Shown here: positions 10,456 through 21,882 of the stretch, in pieces
Numbering within the stretch: the first letter of the stretch is position 1
Layout of the letters: each line of letters begins with the position of its first letter
Assembly: GCA_963729625.1 (NCBI GenBank)
Contig: CAVSOU010000007.1
Span: 448,001-512,000, forward strand
Origin: an uncultured bacterium
GTDB taxonomy: Bacteria; Chloroflexota; UBA5177; JANWHV01
Length of the DNA: 64,000 nt
Direction: 5' to 3'
Program-made: the position numbers and the translations under genes
Notes under the pieces: generated by a model
Told to the model about the DNA's origin: nothing
The model's input: only the letters and a program-made list of their open reading frames with translations
Databases searched by the model: none

Positions 10456-10646
10456 CGCCTACCCAGCCGATATGCTTCATTCCTGCGGTACGGCACAACG
10501 TACCCCGTGCTCGAGCATGGAGCAATCTCCACCGCAAGAATGCCGACTCTCCCTTACGAGTCCAATATAGGTCGATTCCGGACACCTGCGCAGCTTCGCT
10601 GCGCGCAAACGGCATCGCGAGTGCAATCGGATATACACTACTCGAA

Positions 10647-10674
10647 ACACCACCATACCATGGTATGGTGGTGT
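10647..10674. promoter_or_regulatory. Perfect 28-bp palindrome in divergent intergenic region (candidate operator)
   Basis: ACACCACCATACCA|TGGTATGGTGGTGT, between the MoxR operon and the CGNR gene. Confidence 0.6.
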
Positions 10675-10749
10675 CTACTGCCTGTCAATGGGTCCGACTG
10701 GTCTGATATCATCGGGTAGAGAAACGCGCGTTGATGTGAGGATACGACT

Positions 10750-11316
10750 TTGGTGCTAGGGCTCGCCGAACGCATGCCGGAGGGTGTGGCGTTGATCGAG
10801 GAGTTCGTCAATACCGCATGTTTTGCCTATGACAGGGAAGAGTTGAGCAGCCCACTGCAAACTCAGGCATGGTTGGTTCGGAGGGGCCTGTTGGCCTTTG
10901 GAACGACGGTCTCGGCCGACGACCACGCGTGGGTCCTGACCGTTCGAGAGGCGCTTCGCGCTCACCTGCTGAGCCATAACGGCTGCCCGGCGCCCGACGA
11001 GGCGACGCGAGCGATCGATCGCGCGCTGGCGGCATCCGGCCTGGTCGTGCGGCTCGCCGCGCCGGACGAGTTGCAGGTGACACCGGTTGCCGGCGGCGTG
11101 GCGGGCGCGCTTGGACAGATCCTGGCTGTTATGGTCAGCGCAATTGTCGCGGGCGGTTGGTTGCAGCTCAAGGCCTGCCGAGACGAAACGTGCCAGTGGG
11201 CCTACTTCGATCGCTCGCGCAATCAATCCCGGGTGTGGTGCACGATGGCCGAGTGCGGGAACCGCAGCAAGACCAGGAGTTATCGGCGCCGACTGAGCGT
11301 CGCCCGGCAGACCTGA
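10750..11316 (+). CDS. ABATE/CGNR zinc-finger protein
   Basis: FVNT near the N-terminus; LKACRDETCQWAYFDRSRNQSRVWCTMAECGNRSK. Confidence 0.93.
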   Translation: MVLGLAERMPEGVALIEEFVNTACFAYDREELSSPLQTQAWLVRRGLLAFGTTVSADDHAWVLTVREALRAHLLSHNGCPAPDEATRAIDRALAASGLVVRLAAPDELQVTPVAGGVAGALGQILAVMVSAIVAGGWLQLKACRDETCQWAYFDRSRNQSRVWCTMAECGNRSKTRSYRRRLSVARQT

Positions 11317-11374
11317 ACTTCTTGCACAGGGTCCGATCGCCCCGCGTGGCTTGCCTGTTGCACGACGCGTCAGG

Positions 11375-11860
11375 CTACGCGCCGAGCGAGCGCACCACCT
11401 CCAACACTTCGTCGGCGTGCTGATCGACTTTCACTCGCGGGAAGATCTTCCGGATAACGCCCTGCCGATCTATGACGAAGGTCGTGCGGAGGATCCCCAT
11501 GGACGTCTTGCCGTAATTCGTCTTTTCGCCCCACGCCCCGTACGCCTTTGCCACTGTCGCGTCTGCGTCCGCCAGCAGAGGAAAGTTCAGCGAAAACTTG
11601 CCGGCAAACCTGGCATGGGAATCGACCGGATCGGGACTGACGCCCAGTACCACGGCCCCCGCGTCCGCGAATTGGCTGCCCAGATCGCGGAAGGCGCAGG
11701 CCTCCTTGGTGCAGCCCGGCGTGTCGTCCTTGGGGTAGAAGTACAACACCACCACTTGCTTGCCCTTGTAGTCGTCGAGAGAGATGGACTGGTCGTCCGC
11801 AGTGGGCAGCGTGAACTTCGGTGCGGCCTGGCCAGCGGCCGGAGTAGTTGCTGAGGCCAT
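11375..11860 (-). CDS. bcp: Thioredoxin-dependent peroxiredoxin Bcp/PrxQ
   Basis: VLYFYPKDDTPGCTKEACAFRD; RTTFVID. Confidence 0.95.
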   Translation of the reverse strand: MASATTPAAGQAAPKFTLPTADDQSISLDDYKGKQVVVLYFYPKDDTPGCTKEACAFRDLGSQFADAGAVVLGVSPDPVDSHARFAGKFSLNFPLLADADATVAKAYGAWGEKTNYGKTSMGILRTTFVIDRQGVIRKIFPRVKVDQHADEVLEVVRSLGA

Positions 11861-12437
11861 CGACAACCCCTTTCCGAGAACGTGATAGCGGCGACGATGA
11901 TTTCGCGCCCCTTATTGGCATCGCGCGTCATGCGAATCGAGCCGGACAAGCCGGGCGCGGAAAAGCCCACCTGTCCCATCCTCTCCCCGCACATATGGTC
12001 ACATGTTGCCGGATGCACGATTCACGGCTGTTGATTCCCATTCCACACTCCTCGCGCCACCCTGATCGTCGCGGTCCACTCCATGCGAGCCATACTGGTA
12101 GCGTACCGCTGCCGCGGTTTGCGGGTTGACTGGCCGCGAAACTCGAGACTTCGCATCCGGAGGGCCGAGATGAGCAGCTGGTGAAGCATCATGGAAGCCG
12201 GCAACCAGAGGAGCGCGAGGGACCGATCGGTCGCCGCGGCCGGCAGGAGGCGCCGGAATGCGTTACGGCGCGGCGCCTGGCGCTGGGCGCCGCATCTCAT
12301 GGATCGGAGCCCGGCAATCCGGCGGGGACCCATGCGGGCATGCGGGCTGGCGTGCGATTCGGGCGACTCACGTATACTGACGCTGCGGATCGTTGGTTGA
12401 GGAGATGTTTGACTGTCTCCGGCTGAGAGGGATTGTG

Positions 12438-15400
12438 ATGGCCGCGGAAGGATACTTTCGATTCCCGCATATCTGGCGGGATAGCATCGTCTTCGTCAGC
12501 GAGGACGATTTGTGGCGAGTTTCGGCCAATGGAGGCATCGCTGAACGGCTAACTGCCAATGTCGGGGAGGCCACGTTACCTCGGTTCTCGCCCGACGGCG
12601 CCCACATCGCCTTCGTGGGCCGAGAGGAAGGTCCGGCCGAAGTCCATGTCATGCCGGCCGAGGGCGGACCGAGCCGCCGCCTGACCTTCCAGGGCGCCAC
12701 TCCGATAGTCGTGGGCTGGACGGCCGACAGCGCCGAGATAGTGTACGCCAGCGAGGCGGAGCGGCCATTCCGGCGGGATCGCGTGCTCTTCGCCGTCGCC
12801 CTCGCCGGGAGCCAGCCTCGGCAATTGCCGTACGGCCCGGCGCTGGCCATCGCCCACGGCGCTCGCGGCGGCACGGTACTCGGACGAAACACGGCAGATC
12901 CGGCGCGATGGAAGCGATATCGCGGCGGTACTGCCGGCACGCTGTGGATCGATCCCGAGGACACCGGCACTTTCCACCCTCTTCTGCACCTCGACGGCAA
13001 TCTCGCCGGCCCATGCTGGGTCGGCGATCGCATCTTCTTCCTCTCCGATCATGAAGGGATGGGAAACGTCTACTCCTGTCTGCCCTCCGGTAAGGACGTT
13101 CGCAGGCACACGGACCACGACGACTTCTATGCGCGCAATCTCAGCTCCGACGGCCGCCGCCTGGTGTATCACTGCGGAGCAGAGCTTTACATCCTGAGTG
13201 CCGATGGGGATACCGCTCGACGAGTGCCGATTACGTATGCTGGCTCGCGCACGCAGCGAAGCCGCAAGTTTGTCTCCGCCGCGCGGTATCTCGATAGCTG
13301 GTCGCTCCATCCCGAAGGGCATAGCGTGGCGCTCACGACGCGAGGAAAGGCCTACAGCATGCCGAACTGGGAAGGAGCGGTCTCCCAGCACGGTGAGCCC
13401 GACGGCACTCGGTACCGATTGCTGACCTGGCTACACGATGGGAAACGCCTCGTGGGGTTGCGCGACAATGGCGACCACGAGATGATCGAAGTCCTCGCAT
13501 CCGATGGCAACGCCGCGCCCCATGCATTTCCGGGTCTCGATATTGGCCGCGCAATCTCGCTCCAGGCCTCGCCCACGGCCGAACATGTCGCGCTGAGCAA
13601 TCATCGCAATGAACTGGTGCTCGTCAATCTGGCAGATGCTGGAGTCCGCGTGTTGGATCGCAGCATGTATGAGCGCATCCATGGCATGGACTGGTCGCCC
13701 GACGGCAAGTGGATAGCCTACAGCCTCTTCCAGACTGCTCAGACAGCCTGCATCAAGCTTTGCAACATTGAGAGCGGCGAAAGCTGGCCTGTCACCAGGC
13801 CCGTCCGTTTCGACCTGCGGCCCTCTTTCGACCCAGAGGGACGATACTTGTATTTTCTCGGGTACCGCACCTACGATCCGGTCCGCGATAGCCTGCAGTT
13901 CGAAATGAGCTTCCCATCCGGCGCGCGCCCCTATGCTGTCACGCTTCGGAAGGACCTGCGCTCACCATTTGCACGTGACGCGCAGCCGCTGTGGAGCAAG
14001 GACGAAGCGAGCATTGAACGGGCGAAGCAGGACCTCGAGCAGTCCGAGCAGCCGGCTGCGCTCGCGATCGACCTGGACGGAATCGATAATCGCATCGTGC
14101 CGTTTCCAGTCCCCGAAGGCCGATACGGACGCGTGCAGGGCACGAAGCGAACGGCCATCTTCTCATCGTTTCCCATCGAAGGTACACGGAACAGGGAACG
14201 CATGCAGGCCGAGCCGGACGCGAAGGGATCGTTGGAGAAATACGATCTTGACGAGCAGCGCCAGGAGACACTGGTGTCCGGGATCACCGATTTCGCGATC
14301 GGCCCCGACCACAAGACGCTCATCTATCGGGCTGGAAACCGCCTGCGCGTGCTTCGCGCCGGCGAACGTCCGACGGAGCCTGAGAAGAACGAACGCGATA
14401 GGCCGGGCCGCAGGACTGGCTGGCTCGATCTCGATCGTGTCCGTGTGTCGGTCGTGCCCGCGATGGAATGGCGGCAGATGTATCGAGAGGCGTGGCGGCT
14501 GCAGCGAGAGCAGTTCTGGAATGCAGACATGTCGCAGGTGGCTTGGAACGCGGTATACGATCGGTACCTTCCGCTGCTCGATCGCGTGAACAGTCGTGGC
14601 GAAGTCTCGGACCTGCTCTGGGAGATGCAAGGCGAGCTTGGCACATCGCATGCCTATGAGATGGGGGGAGAGTATCGCAAAGGACCTCAATACGAGCAGG
14701 GGTACTTGGGAGCGGAGTGGGTGTTCGACCGTGAGGCCAGGGCATTTCGCATCACACGCCTGATTGCCGGAGACATCGGCGATCCCAGCGCGTCCTCGCC
14801 GCTGCTTGCCCCTGGGGTGAACGTCAACGTCGGCGACCGGATCCTGGCAATCAACGGCCAGCCGGTCGGCATCGCATGCAGCCCACAGCAACTGCTGGTA
14901 AACCAGGCGGACGCCGAGGTAGTGCTTTCTGTCGCCTCGGGCGAGAGCGCTGAGCCGCGCTTGGTCACCGTCAAGGCACTGCATGACGAGAAGCCCGCGC
15001 GCTATCGCGAATGGGTTGACGCGAACCAGCGGTTGGTCCATGACGCCTCTGGTGGACGCGTCGGTTACGTGCACATTCCGGACATGGGACCGAACGGGTA
15101 CGCGGAATTTCACCGAACGTACCTGCAGGAATACGACCGGGAGGGGCTGATCGTCGACGTGCGTAACAACGGCGGCGGCAACGTATCAGCACTCATCCTA
15201 GAGAAGCTTGGTCGCCGGCGTGCCGGATACGATTTCTCGCGCTGGGGTGCGCCTGAGCCCTATCCGGGGGAGTCGCCACGGGGACCGCTTGTCGCGCTTA
15301 CCGACGAACTGGCCGGCTCGGATGGCGACATCTTCTGCCACACGTTCAAGCTGCTCGGGCTCGGGCCGCTCATCGGCAAGCGGACGTGGGGAGGTGTTAT

Positions 15401-15704
15401 TGGCATCTACCCGCGCCACGCGCTGGTCGACGGCACGATCACCACGCAGCCCGAGTTCTCGTTCTGGTTCCTCGACGTCGGCTGGCAGGTCGAGAATTAC
15501 GGCACCGACCCGGATATTGAAGTAGACAACACGCCGCAAGATTGCGCGGCAGGGCGCGACGCGCAATTGGAGCGGGCCATACGCGAGGCGCTGGCGAGAC
15601 TGGAGCAGAAGCCGAGCATGGTGCCCAACCCGCCCCAGCGACCGAGTCGCGCTCGACCGCCGTTGCCGGCTCGTCCAAATGCGGACGGCACGAAAAGACC
15701 GTGA
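12438..15704 (+). CDS. Tricorn protease (S41, beta-propellers plus PDZ)
   Basis: [59 protein letters not shown]. Confidence 0.95.
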   Translation: MAAEGYFRFPHIWRDSIVFVSEDDLWRVSANGGIAERLTANVGEATLPRFSPDGAHIAFVGREEGPAEVHVMPAEGGPSRRLTFQGATPIVVGWTADSAEIVYASEAERPFRRDRVLFAVALAGSQPRQLPYGPALAIAHGARGGTVLGRNTADPARWKRYRGGTAGTLWIDPEDTGTFHPLLHLDGNLAGPCWVGDRIFFLSDHEGMGNVYSCLPSGKDVRRHTDHDDFYARNLSSDGRRLVYHCGAELYILSADGDTARRVPITYAGSRTQRSRKFVSAARYLDSWSLHPEGHSVALTTRGKAYSMPNWEGAVSQHGEPDGTRYRLLTWLHDGKRLVGLRDNGDHEMIEVLASDGNAAPHAFPGLDIGRAISLQASPTAEHVALSNHRNELVLVNLADAGVRVLDRSMYERIHGMDWSPDGKWIAYSLFQTAQTACIKLCNIESGESWPVTRPVRFDLRPSFDPEGRYLYFLGYRTYDPVRDSLQFEMSFPSGARPYAVTLRKDLRSPFARDAQPLWSKDEASIERAKQDLEQSEQPAALAIDLDGIDNRIVPFPVPEGRYGRVQGTKRTAIFSSFPIEGTRNRERMQAEPDAKGSLEKYDLDEQRQETLVSGITDFAIGPDHKTLIYRAGNRLRVLRAGERPTEPEKNERDRPGRRTGWLDLDRVRVSVVPAMEWRQMYREAWRLQREQFWNADMSQVAWNAVYDRYLPLLDRVNSRGEVSDLLWEMQGELGTSHAYEMGGEYRKGPQYEQGYLGAEWVFDREARAFRITRLIAGDIGDPSASSPLLAPGVNVNVGDRILAINGQPVGIACSPQQLLVNQADAEVVLSVASGESAEPRLVTVKALHDEKPARYREWVDANQRLVHDASGGRVGYVHIPDMGPNGYAEFHRTYLQEYDREGLIVDVRNNGGGNVSALILEKLGRRRAGYDFSRWGAPEPYPGESPRGPLVALTDELAGSDGDIFCHTFKLLGLGPLIGKRTWGGVIGIYPRHALVDGTITTQPEFSFWFLDVGWQVENYGTDPDIEVDNTPQDCAAGRDAQLERAIREALARLEQKPSMVPNPPQRPSRARPPLPARPNADGTKRP

Positions 15705-15736
15705 CGGCTGAGCGGCGCATCTCTTGAACGGCTGAC

Positions 15737-16657
15737 TCAGTCCAATCGCACGCGAGGGTCGAGAACCGCGTAGAGAATATCGACCACAAGGTTGGCCACG
15801 ACCACCGCGACCGCGCCGAATAGCACGGCGCCCATGATCAAGTTGGGATCGTCGTTACCGATGGCAATGGCCGCTACCTGGCCGATGCCCGGCCACGCGA
15901 ACACGTTCTCCACTACAATCACGCCACCCAGGAAGAAGGCCATGTCCAGTCCAATCTGGGTGAGGATTGGCGTCAGGGCGTTGCGTAGCGCATGCTTGCG
16001 TACCACCATCGGCCAGGGCAGTCCCTTGGCGCGCGCCGTGCGTATGTAGTCGCTGCTGAGCACGTCCAGCATGCTGGAACGGATCAGCCGCGTGTACCAC
16101 GCCGCACCCGACAGGCCCAGCGTGACCGCCGGCAGCACGAGCGCCATGGCGCTGTCGGCACCCCCAGCCGGGAGGAGCGTCCAATGCACGGCGAATATCG
16201 AGAGGAGCACCGGACCGAGCCAGAACGTCGGCGTGGACAGCCCGCAGAGCGCGAACAGGACGGCCATTCTGTCCGCGATCGAGCCATGGCGCAGGGCGGA
16301 CAGCACGCCGATCGGAATGCCTACCAGGAGTTCCACGAGCAAACCGGCAACAGCCAGCTCGAGTGTGTAGGGGGCGCGGTCGAGTAGCACCGAGGTGACA
16401 CCGGAACCCAGCGAGAGCGACGGCCCGAGATCGCCGCGAAGCAGGTTGCCGACATAGTGCACGAATTGCAAAGGCAGCGGTTGGTCAAAGCCATACTGGT
16501 GGCGGATGCCGGCCAGTGCCTGAGGCGTCGCGTGCAGTCCCCCGATAATGCGCGCCGGATCGGCGGGAACGAGGTAGCGAAGGACGAAGGTAATCGCGAC
16601 CACCCCGAACAACACGCCCACGCCCCAGATCAGGCGCCGGACCACATACACGATCAC
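15737..16657 (-). CDS. Peptide ABC transporter permease (DppB/OppB type)
   Basis: DYIRTARAKGL EAA loop, HALRNAL, ENVFAWPGIG; GTG overlaps the upstream stop. Confidence 0.93.
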   Translation of the reverse strand: MIVYVVRRLIWGVGVLFGVVAITFVLRYLVPADPARIIGGLHATPQALAGIRHQYGFDQPLPLQFVHYVGNLLRGDLGPSLSLGSGVTSVLLDRAPYTLELAVAGLLVELLVGIPIGVLSALRHGSIADRMAVLFALCGLSTPTFWLGPVLLSIFAVHWTLLPAGGADSAMALVLPAVTLGLSGAAWYTRLIRSSMLDVLSSDYIRTARAKGLPWPMVVRKHALRNALTPILTQIGLDMAFFLGGVIVVENVFAWPGIGQVAAIAIGNDDPNLIMGAVLFGAVAVVVANLVVDILYAVLDPRVRLD

Positions 16658-17589
16658 GGGATGCGCATTGTTGGGTCGAGGGCGTCGCGCAGCCCATCCC
16701 CTAGCAGATTGAAAGACAGCACGGTCAAGAACACGGCCGCCCCGGGGAACAACAGCAGCCAGGGATAGGCGAAACCGCTGCCCTGGCTGGCGCCTTCGGC
16801 GACCATCTTGCCCCAACTCGCGTCGGGAGGCTGAACGCCTATGCCCAGGTAGCTCAGGCTGGCCTCGAACAGCACTGCGGTGGCCACGCCCAGCGAACTG
16901 TAGACGATGATCGGCGACACAAGGTGCGGGAGAATGTGCCGAACGATGATGCCGGCGCCGCTCGCTCCGCTCGCTCGAGCAGCTTCGACGAACTCGCGCT
17001 CGCGCAGCGAGACAACCTGACCATGGATGATACGAGCCATGCTCGTCCAGCTCACCAGGCCGATTACCATAATGATCACCGGGATGCCCGGCGACAGAAT
17101 GGACACTAGCGCCACGCCCAGCAAGAGGACGGGAAAGGCCAGCATCACGTCCGTAAACCGCATGACCACCGTGCCGACAAAGCCGCGGTAGAACCCTGCC
17201 ACGGCGCCCAGGGTCACGCCGATGCCGACGGCCACGGCGTTGGCGACGATGCCCACGAGCAGCGAGACGCGAGCGCCCCAGATCAGCCGGCTGAGCAGGT
17301 CGCGGCCGTTGGCATCAGTGCCCAACAGGTATCCATTGGTGCCGGGTGAGAGCGGCGCTCCATCCAGGCTGATTCCATTGTAGAAACGCTGGTTGGGATC
17401 GTGTGGTGAAAGGTGCGGGGCGGCGACCGCCATAGCCACCAGAGCAAGTATGATGGCCGCGCCCGCCAGCGCCAGCCGGTCCTTGCGCAGTTGCCGCCAG
17501 AACAGCCACCAGAATCCGCGCGCGGGCGGCAGATCCCCTGACTCACCTGAGCCCACGCCGTCGTCGTCGCCGATATCGTACGTATGCAT
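16654..17589 (-). CDS. Peptide ABC transporter permease (DppC/OppC type)
   Basis: LLGTDANGRDLLSRLIWGARVSL, EFVEAARASGA, FNLLGDGLRDALDP. Confidence 0.93.
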   Translation of the reverse strand: MHTYDIGDDDGVGSGESGDLPPARGFWWLFWRQLRKDRLALAGAAIILALVAMAVAAPHLSPHDPNQRFYNGISLDGAPLSPGTNGYLLGTDANGRDLLSRLIWGARVSLLVGIVANAVAVGIGVTLGAVAGFYRGFVGTVVMRFTDVMLAFPVLLLGVALVSILSPGIPVIIMVIGLVSWTSMARIIHGQVVSLREREFVEAARASGASGAGIIVRHILPHLVSPIIVYSSLGVATAVLFEASLSYLGIGVQPPDASWGKMVAEGASQGSGFAYPWLLLFPGAAVFLTVLSFNLLGDGLRDALDPTMRIP

Positions 17590-17788
17590 GTATGGGTCTT
17601 CAGCTAGTGCATGAAGTCTTTCCGGGTCACGTGATCACGGCCTGTTTGACCAGAAACCGAGTCATCTCAACGCACAGAGCGGCTGTGCCGGGACGACGCC
17701 GGAAGGAGCGCGCCCCGCCTCAAGCACCGACTCGAGTCGGACCTCGCTTACCAGAACATGGCCCCGTGGATTCACGCCTCCCGCAGGC

Positions 17789-19438
17789 CTAGCCACCAAC
17801 CGCATAGTCCGCGTAGTTGAACGGCCACACTGGCGGGATGTAAAACCCGAGCAAACGCGAGCCATGGAAATCGTAGAGCACATTGTCGTAGAGCGGGACC
17901 CACGGCGCGTCGGCCATAACCAGCGACTCCATCTGGCGGTAGACCGTGAAACGCTTCGATGAATCCATCATCCCGCGCGCCCTATTCGCTAGAGTGTCGA
18001 CGCTGTGGTTGCAGTAGAATGCCGCGTTGCTGCCGCCGTTGCAGCTGAGAATCGGATCGAAGAAATCAGACGGATCGGGATAGTCCTGGCCCCATGGCGC
18101 AAGCACGAAGGGCCCTTCCTTCTGGGTATAGGCGATGGTGCTGTACCAGCTATCCGCGGACACGGGCTTCAGCTGAATCTTGATGCCGATCGCACCCAGC
18201 TCGGCCTGGATCTCTTGCGCCACCTTGTCGAAGTCACCGCTCTGCTGATATGTCAACGGGATGGTGAGGTCTCCCGGCTTGTAGCCGGCCTGCTTCAGGA
18301 GCGCGGCGGCCTTGCCGGGGTCGTAGCTGTAGTAGGTGAAGCTCGCATCGGCGCCCGGCATTGTCGGCGGCAGAATGCCGTTCATGGCAATGCCGCGGCC
18401 GTTGAGCAGCCGGAGGATGAAGGGCTTGTTGATTGCCATGTTGATCGCTTGGCGAAGCTTGAGATTGTCCTTGAACGGCTTCTGACTCATGTTAAAGGCG
18501 AGATACGTGACCTCGATGTCCGGCTCGGAGGCGAGGCCCTTCGACCATTTGCTGTCGTTCTTCAGGCTCAGGAAGTCGTTTGCGGTCACGAGATTGCCGG
18601 CAAGGTCGAGAGCACCTGCCTCAATACGCTGGATTTGCAGATGGTCGGACACATTGAAATCGATCACGACTTTGTCCACGAGAGGCACGCCCGTGCGAAA
18701 GTAGTTGGGATTGCGCGCCAACACCATTTGGCGGCCATGGGTCCAGCTTTGAAGTACGAATGGGCCCGTTCCCAGCGCGTGATCGCTGAACTTTGCCCCC
18801 CACTTCTCAACCCACTCGCGTGGAACAACCGAGCTGAACGGCAATGTCAGCACGTCGAGAAACGCCTGGTCCGGCTGTGAAAGTCGAAAACTGATCCCGT
18901 ACTTGCCCTTGACCGTGATCCCGGAGATGTGGTCGGACTTCTTGGTCCAAAATGCATCGGTGCCCTGAAGCGCGGACCAGAATGGACTTCCGTTCATGGC
19001 CGCGCTGGGCGTCCGTGGCGAAAGCGCGCGTTCAATTGAATAGCGCACGTCCTCGGCAGTGACTTCGCGATTTACCGGAGCCTGAAAATGCACGCCCTGC
19101 CGCAGCGTGAAGGTATACTGCAGGCCATCTGCCGAAACGACTGGCAAACTGGCGGCAAGCCGCGGCACGAGCTTCGTGCCGGCGCTGCCAGGTGCGGAGG
19201 CGAAGTCCAGCAGCCCTTCGAAAATCGCGTGTTCGCCGGTCCAGGCGAACGGGTCATAACCGACCGCTGGGTCAAGCGTGGAGAAGTCGGCATCAAATGC
19301 CGTGTGCAGCGTGCCGCCTCTTGGAAGACCGGCAGCCGCGGAGTGCGCGGGCGGGTGCACGCTGCCACCCAGCAGCGCCGACGCGACAGTTATCGACAAG
19401 AGAGCTCGCAGGCCGCGCGATCCCGGGATGCCGCGCAT
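17789..19438 (-). CDS. Peptide ABC substrate-binding protein (family 5, DppA/OppA type)
   Basis: GGAGG RBS, signal peptide, TLDPA, YTFTLRQGVHF, GTGPF, LRQAINMAINK, WGQDYPDP. Confidence 0.92.
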   Translation of the reverse strand: MRGIPGSRGLRALLSITVASALLGGSVHPPAHSAAAGLPRGGTLHTAFDADFSTLDPAVGYDPFAWTGEHAIFEGLLDFASAPGSAGTKLVPRLAASLPVVSADGLQYTFTLRQGVHFQAPVNREVTAEDVRYSIERALSPRTPSAAMNGSPFWSALQGTDAFWTKKSDHISGITVKGKYGISFRLSQPDQAFLDVLTLPFSSVVPREWVEKWGAKFSDHALGTGPFVLQSWTHGRQMVLARNPNYFRTGVPLVDKVVIDFNVSDHLQIQRIEAGALDLAGNLVTANDFLSLKNDSKWSKGLASEPDIEVTYLAFNMSQKPFKDNLKLRQAINMAINKPFILRLLNGRGIAMNGILPPTMPGADASFTYYSYDPGKAAALLKQAGYKPGDLTIPLTYQQSGDFDKVAQEIQAELGAIGIKIQLKPVSADSWYSTIAYTQKEGPFVLAPWGQDYPDPSDFFDPILSCNGGSNAAFYCNHSVDTLANRARGMMDSSKRFTVYRQMESLVMADAPWVPLYDNVLYDFHGSRLLGFYIPPVWPFNYADYAVGG

Positions 19439-19756
19439 CTCCATTTCCCTCCAAGTACCATAAGAAGACAAGAATACTAGCAATGATACAGACGCCACTG
19501 CTCCGGTCTGGAGCGGCGAACACCTCCAACTGCACTCCATGATAAGGGATTGGCGGTCGATTCCGTGTTCTGGCCGGCTCTCAGGCATTGTTGGCCCGCT
19601 TTGCAGGTCCGTTTGCCGCCGGCCTACCGAGCGCGCCAATCCCAGGCGCCCCTGATCACACGCGGCTCGCCGGCAGCATTCCGCCGGGCAGTTCGCGCGG
19701 ACCGAGGCGCGGAGCTCGCCAAGAGTTGGGTAGAATGGTGGTGTAGCTCGAGAAGT

Positions 19757-20035
19757 ATGGTGGAATTGTCACAGGACTCATCTGTCATCGTGTATGGCAC
19801 CGCTTGGTGCGGTGATTGTCATCGGTCGCGGCGGTGCCTCGATCGCCACGGCGTGCAGTACCAGTATGTCGATATTGAAGATCGGGCGGAGCTGCAAGGA
19901 CTGGTCGAGCAGCTAAATGGTGGTATTCGCAGGCTACCGACCATCGTCTTTTCAGATGGATCGGTGCTGGCTGAGCCATCAGATCGCCTATTGGAAGACA
20001 AGATCGCAATCCTGGGATTGACGGCGTACAACTGA
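19757..20035 (+). CDS. Glutaredoxin/mycoredoxin-like protein
   Basis: YGTAWCGDC...NGGIRRLPTIVFSDGSVLAEPS. Confidence 0.88.
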   Translation: MVELSQDSSVIVYGTAWCGDCHRSRRCLDRHGVQYQYVDIEDRAELQGLVEQLNGGIRRLPTIVFSDGSVLAEPSDRLLEDKIAILGLTAYN

Positions 20036-20310
20036 CTGCCGCGGCGTGCTCGGTGCCCATGAGCAACTGGCACGGCCGCCAGGTGAGGCGTGTCCGCGAA
20101 CGCCAAGCGGTTCATAGTACCGCAATCTGCCGTATGGTAGCGTAGGTACTCGATACGTGAAGACGCCGCGCGCAGGCGGTGCGGCTGTGCTTGTACAAAC
20201 GCAGGAGGGATGTAAATTAGGGCTTTCGGAGTTTCTACCCGGGTTTCAACTGCTACGGTTCTCATCCGGCCTGTCATCGTCTCGAATCTCTGGTTGCCCC
20301 AGGACTCATT

Positions 20311-21660
20311 ATGCACGTTCGTTTGCTGCAGTTAGCTCTCGTTATGCTCACTTCCCTGCTGTGCGCTCAAGGCTATTGCCCGAACGCGCGCACAGCATTC
20401 GCCGCTGTCGCCTGCTCGACACGGCAAGTCACATTCGCGGGCGCTGGCGATGCCGCTGTTGAGAGCAGCATCACAGCCATAGCGTGCGCCACATCGCGCA
20501 TCCGGTCGCTCCAACCCAAGTCGCCAGTCACGGTACGCTTTCTGGCGGCAGCCGCCCTGCGGACTGCCATCTCCCAGACCGCGCAAACGGAGCTCGCCTC
20601 CGAGTCCGTCGCCGGCGGCGCCGCGGCGTTGCACTTGCTCGGCGCGTTGACGACGCAACAGGATCTCGCGGCGCTCGATCGCGGCCAGTATTCCATTGCC
20701 AGCTCCGCCGACTATGATATGCGCACGAGAAGCCTGTATGTGCGCGCGTCCAAAACCCCCCTCACTCCTCTCGAGCGCGCCGTGATCGCACATGAATACA
20801 CGAAAGCGCTGCAGGATCAGTTCTTTGGACTGAGTGGGCTCCTCTCGAACGCCGAAAGCGCTGGCGGCTACAACACCGACTCCCTGCTGGCGCGGGAAGC
20901 AGTCGTGGAGGGCGATGCGTTTACCACGATGCTCAGCTATGCGGCGTCTTTCAGCCGGCCGGATCAGGTCACGTTCAACCAACAGATGCAGAACTCGGGA
21001 ACCACGATTTCGGACTTTGCGCACGATCGCATCAGTTTCCCCACGCAGCAGGGCACCGTGTTCGTCAGGTACCTGATGACCACCGCGGAAAAAGGGAAGT
21101 CGGGGCAGGCGGCGACTGCCGCTGCGGTTGCCGCGGTCAACCACGCGCTCACCAGTCCGCCAAGCAGCACGCGGCAAGTGCTCAACCCCTCTCTGTACCT
21201 GAAGCACGTGCAGGTGGGCGCGCTGCTGTCGGTTCCCACGATCTCGCTGGGTGCTCAGTGGAAGCGCACCAGCAGTGATGTGCTGGGCGCCTTCGCGGTC
21301 GCCGACCTACTCGGCCAACACCAGGCATCCGGGGCGAACGCGCAGACTGCGAATCTTGCTGCCGCAACGCTGCAAAGCGATCGCTGGTCGATGTATCAGC
21401 GTGCAAGCGATAGCGTGCTCGTGTGGCGTGCCCGCTTCGACTCGACGGCCGGCACTCATGCATTCGAGAAGGCGTTTCTCTCGTATACCGGTGCGCGGTT
21501 CCATGCCACGCTGGCGGCGGCCGCTCCCGTCGACTGGCATGCCGCCGGGTACGCGATGTCGCTCCGAGTACACGGCGCGAATGTCGCCCTGGCGATCGGA
21601 TCGTCACCGGACCTTCAGGTTGAGTGCGAGCAGGCCATTTCGCAGCTGGGACTCAGCTGA
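20311..21660 (+). CDS. Secreted zincin-like protein with degenerate HExxH
   Basis: Signal-peptide-like N-terminus; IAHEYTKALQDQFF...VVEGDA. Confidence 0.7.
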   Translation: MHVRLLQLALVMLTSLLCAQGYCPNARTAFAAVACSTRQVTFAGAGDAAVESSITAIACATSRIRSLQPKSPVTVRFLAAAALRTAISQTAQTELASESVAGGAAALHLLGALTTQQDLAALDRGQYSIASSADYDMRTRSLYVRASKTPLTPLERAVIAHEYTKALQDQFFGLSGLLSNAESAGGYNTDSLLAREAVVEGDAFTTMLSYAASFSRPDQVTFNQQMQNSGTTISDFAHDRISFPTQQGTVFVRYLMTTAEKGKSGQAATAAAVAAVNHALTSPPSSTRQVLNPSLYLKHVQVGALLSVPTISLGAQWKRTSSDVLGAFAVADLLGQHQASGANAQTANLAAATLQSDRWSMYQRASDSVLVWRARFDSTAGTHAFEKAFLSYTGARFHATLAAAAPVDWHAAGYAMSLRVHGANVALAIGSSPDLQVECEQAISQLGLS

Positions 21661-21882
21661 GGCGTGCCGCGGAGCGCACTTCGTACAGCGGGCGCGGGTG
21701 CCGTGCGAGCGCCGGTTTACACCATATCTCGTGGGGCTGGGAGTGCAGGCGGCACAGCGCTCACGCTCCCGGCTTATGTGGGTCCACGGCGATCCGGACA
21801 CGCGGCAGCTATGCCGGCTGTCCTGGAGGCAAGAGTCTATCCCTCCCGCCTCCAGCGCTGGGGCGACGCGTCCGGTCGCGGA

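Noticed and set aside
11900-12400. Short ORFs between bcp and tricorn
   Set aside because: No recognisable motifs or RBS; treated as divergent intergenic sequence.
16805-16825. ASWG in the DppC permease as another WGS motif
   Set aside because: Part of the ordinary conserved PP..SWG permease motif, internal, and followed by K.
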